Position numbers and translations under genes: made by a program. A stretch of DNA of 64,000 nucleotides from Alkalispirochaeta sp. (lineage in GTDB: Bacteria; Spirochaetota; Spirochaetia; DSM-27196; Alkalispirochaetaceae). Shown piece after piece: positions 56,901-64,000 of the stretch; position 1 is the stretch's first letter; each line of letters starts with the position of its first letter. The stretch is taken from NCBI GenBank assembly GCA_965601925.1, contig OZ271854.1, positions 2,624,001 to 2,688,000 on the forward strand, in the 5' to 3' direction. The notes below the pieces were generated by a model. That model was not told the DNA's origin and searched no databases. It worked only from the letters and a program-made list of their open reading frames with translations.

Positions 56901-58988
56901 ATGAGTTCGATCCATCTCATCCTCGGGTCTCACAATAGCCAGCCGTTGGATCTGCTCGACAATGACCGCGCGGCGTTGTACGAGCGCTCCTACAAACCGT
57001 TCCTGAAGCTGCTTTACAACCACGAGGATATAAAGTTTACGCTCTACTACTCCGGGCTGCTTATCGAATGGCTGGAAAAACACCATTCCGAGTTTGTCGA
57101 TGTGCTCACCGAGATGGTCAAGCGCAGACAGGTGGAGCTTTTGGGCGGTGCATTCTTCGAGCCGCTGTTACCGCTCATCCCGCGCACCGATCGTATCGGG
57201 CAGATCGAGCGCCTTACCACTCATATTCGTAAGTGTTTCGGGCGTAGGCCGCGGGGAGCGTGGATTCCCGAAAGTATCTGGGATCAGCGTATTGCCGGTA
57301 ATCTCAACGCAGGCGGCATCGAGTACGCTTTTTTGCGCGACTCCGCGTTTCGTATTGACTGCACCGAAGGGGTGTGGGCACAGCACCCGACGGCGACGAG
57401 TTCGTCGAAGCGGGGCCCCAAAAAAAAACGCCCGGTAAAGGCGTCTCAGTATCGTCCGGTCCTTACCGAGGATCAGGGGAAGACGCTGGCGCTCTTTCCG
57501 TTGGCGTGGGACCTCACCTCGCGAATGTTCGTCGATACTCCCGAGACAATTATCGCGGAGATCAAGGATATGGCCGAAGAGGCCGCTTCGACGGCCGATG
57601 TACCGGGCGGCGAACGTAGGGGCGACCGCTCTCCCGTGGTCTCGTTGATCTTCGACGGCAGCCGGATGGGATACGACACCGAACATACACGAGCCGGAAT
57701 CGAGTGGTATGATCGCTTTCTCGACCTGGTGACGCAGAATCGCGACTGGATTTCCGTCGGCATTCCCAATCGTATCGTGCGCACCGCCCGCTCTCGCGAA
57801 CGGCGCTACGCCCCCGCGAGCTCTCTCGGCGGGCTCATGGACTGGCTCACGACGTTCGTACCGACACACGAAATGCGGCAACGCGACGCGTGGTTGAGTT
57901 TTCGGTCGATTATGGAAGAGTACCCCGAGAGTTCGCGACTGTATGCCCGCATGCAGCATACCCACGTGTTGGTCAATCAAGTGCGCGGCGATAAGTACCG
58001 CAAGATGACCGCCCGTGAGGAGCTATGGCGAGGCCAGAGCCACTACGCCTACTGGCACAATCGCACCGGAGGCATCTACCGCTCGAGTCTGCGCAAGGCG
58101 ACCTACGCGGCGCTGATCGAGGCGGAGAAGACGACGCGGGAGCGGGGAATCTTCATTCCCGCCCTGTCGCGGTTGGATGTGGATCTCGACGGGGAGGAGG
58201 AGATCCTCTACCAGGGTAACGAGATCAACGCGTACGTCGACCGCGCCGGGGCCAGGCTTTTCGAACTGGATCACGTGTCGCGCAACTGGAATTATCTCGA
58301 CACGTTAGAACGCCGTCCCGAACCGTTTCACGATACCGCGACGGTCGAGTACGGCTACGACCGCTGGCCGCGCTCCGCCTTTGTCGACCATTTGCTGCAG
58401 CCGGGGCACGCCATGGCTCCGTTTGCCCGCGGTGAGGCCGACGAGTTGTACGAACTCGCCATGCTCGACTACGAAATAGACAATCTAGACAAGGAGCACA
58501 ACAGCGTAAGCTTTGCCGGTGTCTGCCGCGACGCCGACTCATTCGGCGAGTTGACGATCCGCAAAACATTTCGCTTTGTGAAGAGTCGCATCGACGTCTC
58601 CTATGAGCTCGTGAACACCGGCATGGAGCGTCTGCACGCCGATTTCGCCACCGAGATCAACCTCTCATTCCACTCCCTGGAGGTCGGCAAACTGAGACTC
58701 CATCTGAGACAGGGACGGACGCGTCGCGAGTTGCCGCCCGATCCCGTCGAGACGGACGCCATCTCCGATCTCCAATTTTTGGACCTTCACAACGGGACGG
58801 TCGTTACCGTAAATCCCGTCGACCGTCCCGACTTGTGGTGTTATCCCGTCGAGGCGGTCGGCATTCTATCGGATCGTCCCCACTGGTTTTACCAGTCCAA
58901 CTGTGCGGTCCTCAGGTGGCCGTTGGATCTCGGTCCGGGCGATAATCGCACCGTTTCGGTCTCGTTGCGTATCGAGAACGCCAAGTAG
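56901..58988 (+). CDS. GH57 alpha-amylase/4-alpha-glucanotransferase-like protein with C-terminal beta domain
   Basis: HN.QP, Y..SY.PFL, ELLGG.F.EP.L, G.W.PE..W, YPES..LY.RM, Q....YWH...GG.Y, D.D.DG.EE. Confidence 0.85.
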   Translation: MSSIHLILGSHNSQPLDLLDNDRAALYERSYKPFLKLLYNHEDIKFTLYYSGLLIEWLEKHHSEFVDVLTEMVKRRQVELLGGAFFEPLLPLIPRTDRIGQIERLTTHIRKCFGRRPRGAWIPESIWDQRIAGNLNAGGIEYAFLRDSAFRIDCTEGVWAQHPTATSSSKRGPKKKRPVKASQYRPVLTEDQGKTLALFPLAWDLTSRMFVDTPETIIAEIKDMAEEAASTADVPGGERRGDRSPVVSLIFDGSRMGYDTEHTRAGIEWYDRFLDLVTQNRDWISVGIPNRIVRTARSRERRYAPASSLGGLMDWLTTFVPTHEMRQRDAWLSFRSIMEEYPESSRLYARMQHTHVLVNQVRGDKYRKMTAREELWRGQSHYAYWHNRTGGIYRSSLRKATYAALIEAEKTTRERGIFIPALSRLDVDLDGEEEILYQGNEINAYVDRAGARLFELDHVSRNWNYLDTLERRPEPFHDTATVEYGYDRWPRSAFVDHLLQPGHAMAPFARGEADELYELAMLDYEIDNLDKEHNSVSFAGVCRDADSFGELTIRKTFRFVKSRIDVSYELVNTGMERLHADFATEINLSFHSLEVGKLRLHLRQGRTRRELPPDPVETDAISDLQFLDLHNGTVVTVNPVDRPDLWCYPVEAVGILSDRPHWFYQSNCAVLRWPLDLGPGDNRTVSVSLRIENAK

Positions 58989-59027
58989 CGGTCGCGCACG
59001 CCACGGACGAAGAGAGACGAGTAGGCG

Positions 59028-60287
59028 TTATCTACGATTCGTGAGGATGCCGTCGATCCACGGTCTGGCGACGGGGTACAAAACACCTTCCGAGGCGGCA
59101 AGGAACTCGACAAACGCCGGCTCGCTGCGGCCGTCGAGATAGAGGGATTGGCCGCGATAGAATCTCACGCGATGTTCCATCTCCGTACTTAACGGTAGCG
59201 CCAACAGATTTTCCAAGAGTGACGCGGCCTCGGCATACTCTCCGGCGGCAAACTCGCCGGTGACAATCTGCGAGAGCGTAACCGCTACGCCCTCTCCGGC
59301 CGGGTCGCGCTCCTCGATGAGGATAACCGGCTCGGGGTCGAACGTCTCCGCCGCCGGTGCGCGTTCCAAGAGCTGGTCGATGGCCCGCGCCGTGCCGACG
59401 GAGACCGGTTGAGCAAACCCGCCGAACGGAACTGCGGTGAACGCCAGACTGGCGCCGGTCTGGACGCCGCTCGCCAGTTGGAGAATGGGAAGCGGCGCGC
59501 GCCGCTTGCTTGCACGGGGGAATTGCACGGTTATGTCCATGTCAGCCGCCGGTAGGGCGATTCGTATGGGGTCGGCGAGCACATTCTCCCGTTCGTCAAA
59601 TACGATCGTACCGCGCTCGATCAGCACCTTGTCGAACACTCCGTAGTAGTATTCGACCCCCGGCACCGGGAAGTCGACGTATCGCCGATTAGCACTCTCG
59701 AACTCGTCCAACAATGTCGCTTCGGCCAACGAGGAGAGCTCGGTGAAGGGGACCGTACTGCGGTAGACGACGAGCGTCCGACCGGTACGGGAGGGGTCGA
59801 AGCGGAGGATTACCGTATTGTCCTGTACGAGCGCCTCGATGTCGTAAATACTCGTCGCGAGATCCTCTTCGGTCTCCAGGCGCGTTACCGCGACCGGACG
59901 TATCGTCTTGTTTCGAAAGGGCACGAACAGCGAGTACAGCCGACCGTCGTCCTCTGCCGCCAGCACCGCATAGAAGTAGTCGCCCTCGACCAGCGGCGTA
60001 TCCAGGTACGTTTCGACCCCGGGCTCCACCGTCGCGACGAGCGTGGCGGCCTCGAGCGTCTCTTGCGTGATCTCTTCGGTGTACCGATATACGCGGTATG
60101 AACCGCCCCCGAGATCTTCGGAGTCACGCCACGTCAAGCGTACCTGCGGGTCCCGTACCGCTACACGCAAACGAGATACAAAGGGGGCGAAAACATCGCG
60201 CTCATCCTCGTTCGGTAGATTTTGCGCCGCAACGATCGCTCCATTGAGGCTCCATAATATCGCAAATATCAAAACCAAACGTCGCAT
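59028..60287 (-). CDS. Exported protein with two FN3-like repeats and a C-terminal TPR-like region
   Basis: Signal peptide. Repeats V.LTW...YRVYR...ATLV...YLD.P..G.YFYAV and V.LRF...VVYRS...ATLL...YVD.P.PG.YYYGV. FYRGQS.YL.G. Confidence 0.65.
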   Translation of the reverse strand: MRRLVLIFAILWSLNGAIVAAQNLPNEDERDVFAPFVSRLRVAVRDPQVRLTWRDSEDLGGGSYRVYRYTEEITQETLEAATLVATVEPGVETYLDTPLVEGDYFYAVLAAEDDGRLYSLFVPFRNKTIRPVAVTRLETEEDLATSIYDIEALVQDNTVILRFDPSRTGRTLVVYRSTVPFTELSSLAEATLLDEFESANRRYVDFPVPGVEYYYGVFDKVLIERGTIVFDERENVLADPIRIALPAADMDITVQFPRASKRRAPLPILQLASGVQTGASLAFTAVPFGGFAQPVSVGTARAIDQLLERAPAAETFDPEPVILIEERDPAGEGVAVTLSQIVTGEFAAGEYAEAASLLENLLALPLSTEMEHRVRFYRGQSLYLDGRSEPAFVEFLAASEGVLYPVARPWIDGILTNRR

Positions 60288-60362
60288 GCAAGACTCCTCC
60301 CGTACAGTAATCGGCACCTTTTGCCATTGTCCATAGCGCATTAGTGAATTATCATCGACGGT

Positions 60363-61805
60363 ATGGATTTTGCATGGGGGCTTTTCATCGATCTCGGGGT
60401 CATATCGGCGGCATTGCTTGTAGCGACGGCGATACGCCATCGAGTGCGCTTTTTTCAGCGCTATTTGATACCGAACGCGCTTACCGCCGGTTTCTTGTTA
60501 CTGCCGTTTTACAACTACGTTGCGCCGCATCTCGGATTGGGATCGGAGAACTTGGGCGAGTTTGTCTATCATCTGTTGAGTCTGTCGTTCATATCCATGA
60601 CTCTGCGCGCCCACGCGCCGCAAAAGAGTAGCGGTGACGGGCGGATATTCGCTACGACCATCGCCACCCTGTGGCAGTTCGGCGTACAGGCGGTCGTCGG
60701 GTTGGTATGCACGTACCTTCTCATGATTACGTTCATGCCCGATCTGTTTCCCGGGTTCGGCTTTCTCTTGCCCCTCGGATTCGTACAGGGGCCGGGGCAA
60801 GCGTACGCGATCGGGAGCGGATGGGCGCGTTTCGGCTTTACCGAGGCGGGAAGCATCGGACTTACCTTCGCCGCCATGGGGTTCATCTTCGCTACCTTCG
60901 GCGGTGTGTTCCTCATCAACGTCGGGATTCGTCGCAACTGGCTGACGAAGGACTTTTTGAAGGGGCTCGATACCTCGGCGGTCAAGAGCGGTATCTTTCC
61001 TTCGCGCAAGCGGCGCCCCGTCGGGGCGGAAATGACCACCGAAAGCGAGGCGATCGATTCGTTCACCTTTCATATCGCACTCGTGTTTACCGTCTACGTC
61101 GCCGCGTATCTACTGCTCCTGGCAATCACAACCGGTCTGACGCGGCTGGGCCCGCTCTTTGCCGATCTGGCGATCAATCTGTGGGGCATCAATTTCATCT
61201 TCTCCGCCCTCACCGCGATTTTGATACGGAACTTCATGCACCGTACCGGTCTGGATTTTGCGGTCGACAACAAGACGCTGACCCGCATCTCCGGCCTCTC
61301 GGTCGACATCATGGTAGCTGCGGCGATCGGCGCGATCTCCATCGTCATCGTCAGAGCGTTTCTCATTCCGATACTACTCTTGTCGATCATCGCGGGTGTG
61401 CTCGCCCTGTGGCTCGTACCGTGGTTCTGCTCGCGAATCTTCACGGACCACCAGTTTCATCGGACGATGATGATCTACGGCGTCTCCACCGGTACTCTTC
61501 CCACCGGTCTCGCGCTGCTGCGCGTCATTGATCCCGAGTTTGAGACGCCGGTCGCGAGCGATTACATGTACGCCTCAGGCATCACATTCATCTTCGCCAT
61601 TCCGTTTATCCTGTCGATCAATCTACCCGCTTACGCGGCGACGACGGGCAACATGCTGTACTTTTGGGCCGGTGTGGCGGTGAGCGGTGCATATGTGATC
61701 TTCGTGCTCGCGGCGTTTTTGATTATTGCGCGCCGGCGGGCCTTCACCAACAAGCGACACATCTGGCTACACCCTACTCGGGGTGAGGAAGCCGTCTCGG
61801 AGTAA
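60363..61805 (+). CDS. Sodium/glutamate symporter (GltS/ESS family)
   Basis: FQRYLIP....AG, GF.QGPGQA...G, GLT.A..G, YG..TGT..TG.ALLR..DP. Confidence 0.82.
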   Translation: MDFAWGLFIDLGVISAALLVATAIRHRVRFFQRYLIPNALTAGFLLLPFYNYVAPHLGLGSENLGEFVYHLLSLSFISMTLRAHAPQKSSGDGRIFATTIATLWQFGVQAVVGLVCTYLLMITFMPDLFPGFGFLLPLGFVQGPGQAYAIGSGWARFGFTEAGSIGLTFAAMGFIFATFGGVFLINVGIRRNWLTKDFLKGLDTSAVKSGIFPSRKRRPVGAEMTTESEAIDSFTFHIALVFTVYVAAYLLLLAITTGLTRLGPLFADLAINLWGINFIFSALTAILIRNFMHRTGLDFAVDNKTLTRISGLSVDIMVAAAIGAISIVIVRAFLIPILLLSIIAGVLALWLVPWFCSRIFTDHQFHRTMMIYGVSTGTLPTGLALLRVIDPEFETPVASDYMYASGITFIFAIPFILSINLPAYAATTGNMLYFWAGVAVSGAYVIFVLAAFLIIARRRAFTNKRHIWLHPTRGEEAVSE

Positions 61806-61863
61806 CGATCGCGTTCTTCGATGTGGTACCGTCGGTCCCGGAACGGTCGCATCGGCGGAGAGG

Positions 61864-62289
61864 CTACCGCGTCCGCTCCTCAAACGTCCTAAAGGGCATG
61901 GGAAGCAGGTCGGCGAGGGTCAGGGTGCTCCGAACGGCGACGGTGTCCGCCGAATGGATCGCAAGCGTCTGGGGACAAAACTCCTGCAGTACTTGTAGGC
62001 ACAGCGCGCACGGCACGACCGGCGGATCGTAGTCGCTCACGACTACCAGGTTCTCGATCTCTACCCGGCCGTAGGCGGCGACGATTGCGGCTATTAGGTT
62101 GCGCTCGGCGCACACGGTCGCGCCCAAGCTCACGTTTTCTACGTTGCAGGCGCTGACGATCGTATCCGTGCCTGCGATACGGGCCGCAGCTCCTACACGA
62201 AATCCGGAGTACGGTGCATACGCATTGAGTCGCGTTTCGCGAGCGCGTTCATAAATTGCTTGAATCTCCGTCTCATTGGGCACATTCAT
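61864..62289 (-). CDS. cdd: Cytidine deaminase (homotetrameric type)
   Basis: AYAPYS.F.VGAA, NVEN.S.G..VCAER, PCALC.Q...EF, L.DLLP..F. Confidence 0.93.
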   Translation of the reverse strand: MNVPNETEIQAIYERARETRLNAYAPYSGFRVGAAARIAGTDTIVSACNVENVSLGATVCAERNLIAAIVAAYGRVEIENLVVVSDYDPPVVPCALCLQVLQEFCPQTLAIHSADTVAVRSTLTLADLLPMPFRTFEERTR

Positions 62290-62378
62290 ACTCGACTCCA
62301 GTGTACCTTCGGCCCGTTATGTCGTCAATTCCGCTCAACGGGAGGGCGTCTTTCGCCGACATACTCAAAAGGATCAAA

Positions 62379-63539
62379 ATGATGGACTGGTATCGAGGGT
62401 TCACGCGTTGGGTCAAACACTCACAGTACGCCAAGCCGACCGTATTCTTTCTTCTCATATTCTTTGCCACCGGGCTGTTCGTTCTGGTATTCGAGTTCGG
62501 CGAGAACGACCAGTTTCAGACGCTCTTGGACGGATTGTGGTGGTCGATCATTACCTTCAGTACGACCGGCTACGGAGACAAGGTACCCATCACCTTCGCC
62601 GGACGGCTGGTTGCGGTTCTTACGATTCTGTTCGGCATCGGCGGAACCAGTCTGTTATCCGGCGCCTTGGCGTCGTGGCTCGTAGATCGGAACAATATGG
62701 CGAGGAGAGGATTGATGGACTATCGTAAGTTGAAAGACCATCTTGTCATCTGCGGATGGAAAAACGACATGAAGGAGATCCTGCTCGATATCCTGCGCGT
62801 CTCCGCCGATCTCACCGCGGATCAGCTGCTTGTCATCTCCAACGTCGAGTCCGAACGTATTGAAGAGCTCAAAGAGGACGACAACCTTACCGGCTTGAAG
62901 TTCGTGCGCGGCGACTACTTCGCCGAGGCGGCGCTCAGGCGGGCCAACGCACCGGCCGCGCGCAAGATACTCATCCTCGCCGACTCGTTGGAGAGCCAGG
63001 CGGCGAGCGAGGTCGACTCGAAGACGGTAATGACGGTCCTTACGATCAAGGCGATCTCCCGAGACGTGTACGTGACCGCCGAAGTACTCGATAAGAAGTA
63101 CGAGAGTTACCTCAAACAGGCGATGTGCGACGAGATACTCTTTAGTCGGGATTTCGGGCGGCAGATGTTGGCGAACACCAGCGCGACCAACGGAATGAGT
63201 CATATCATATACGATTTGCTCACCCAGTCGGGCGGTACCTCGCGTCTATCGACCGAGTCGATTCCGTCCGACGCGATCAATAAAACCTACGCCGATCTCA
63301 AAGGGCACTTCCAGGGACCCAATCGGATACTACTCGGTGTCCTTGAGAACACCGGCAGTCCCAATCGCATGAAGGTCGAAGCGCTTCGGGATGCGCAAAA
63401 GACTTCCGACGTATCCAAGCTGATCACCAATTTACAGAAGGTGAAGGGGCTTGAGGTAAACAAGCCGGTCTTTCTCCCCGAAGACGACCATCCGATTCAG
63501 CGGTATACACAGGCGATCGTGCTGGAGCGTCTGGTATGA
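62379..63539 (+). CDS. 2-TM potassium channel with RCK (TrkA-N) domain
   Basis: LWWSIITFSTTGYGD..P.T..GR filter, H.VICGW, F.RGD, L.RAN...A. Confidence 0.9.
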   Translation: MMDWYRGFTRWVKHSQYAKPTVFFLLIFFATGLFVLVFEFGENDQFQTLLDGLWWSIITFSTTGYGDKVPITFAGRLVAVLTILFGIGGTSLLSGALASWLVDRNNMARRGLMDYRKLKDHLVICGWKNDMKEILLDILRVSADLTADQLLVISNVESERIEELKEDDNLTGLKFVRGDYFAEAALRRANAPAARKILILADSLESQAASEVDSKTVMTVLTIKAISRDVYVTAEVLDKKYESYLKQAMCDEILFSRDFGRQMLANTSATNGMSHIIYDLLTQSGGTSRLSTESIPSDAINKTYADLKGHFQGPNRILLGVLENTGSPNRMKVEALRDAQKTSDVSKLITNLQKVKGLEVNKPVFLPEDDHPIQRYTQAIVLERLV

Positions 63540-64000
63540 GTGCGTCCCGTACCGACGATCACGCCAACGCAATTCTGGATAAGCTCAAGCAGATCCCGAT
63601 ATTCGAGGAGATCAGAGATAACGACGAGTTCATGCACGAGCTCCACGGCATCTGCCGACTCAAGAAGTTCCGCTCGGGAGAGGTGATCATTCGCGAGGGA
63701 GATCTCGGAAGCGAAATGTATGTCGTGTACTCGGGGGCTGTGGAGATCAAGAAGTTGACCCGTGCCGGCGACGATTACACGGTCGTCATTCTCAAGGCGG
63801 AATACAACGTATTCTTCGGCGAGTTAGCCCTGATCGACGACGACAAACGGTCCGCCACGGTGATCGCCACCGAGGACTCGGAGTTTCTCGTGATATCCAA
63901 AGAGGACTTCACCCGCCTGGGCGATAACTATCCCTCTATCGGACTCCCGGTTACGCGCGCCATCGCCAAGATTCTCGCATCGCGTCTCAGAAAGACGACC
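63536..64000 (+). CDS. Cyclic-nucleotide-binding domain protein (runs off the window end)
   Basis: ATG overlaps the channel stop codon. LKQIPIF, GEVIIREGD.G.EMY...SG.VEI, FFGELALID...RSATV.A. Not in the ORF track. Confidence 0.88.
   Translation, partial: MSASRTDDHANAILDKLKQIPIFEEIRDNDEFMHELHGICRLKKFRSGEVIIREGDLGSEMYVVYSGAVEIKKLTRAGDDYTVVILKAEYNVFFGELALIDDDKRSATVIATEDSEFLVISKEDFTRLGDNYPSIGLPVTRAIAKILASRLRKTT

Overview
GC-rich, gene-dense bacterial chromosome segment, most likely from a free-living Spirochaetales member. That assignment is inferred from the Borrelia-order mevalonate operon, the spirochete-type lipoproteins and MCPs, and the rluA/PAP2/rnf synteny. It holds about 58 coding regions and one tRNA-Ala(CGC). 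I saw no transposase, integrase, CRISPR array or rRNA. Main blocks: malY-mtnN-rhodanese-M16C peptidase; a pore-less voltage-sensor/HAMP protein, an xpaC-SBP-telA cassette and an orphan HAMP-like/PAS kinase; fbaA; a six-gene mevalonate operon; mnmA-dusA; an accessory block of three AraC paralogs (one internally deleted) divergent from two FG-GAP lipoproteins; M20-like-gpgS-ABC ATPase; MCP, HD-GYP, polar amino-acid ABC genes, mrp and pcnB; an RluA enzyme with a 99-bp repeat insert; an intact rnfCDGEA operon missing most cofactor motifs; GH57, gltS and cdd; and a K+ channel coupled to a separate cNMP-binding protein. Best candidates for undescribed systems: (1) a possible split voltage-sensing kinase flanking telA, and (2) an Rnf-like complex whose RnfA/RnfE contain no cysteine. 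All calls come from motif recognition by eye; no database searches were run.
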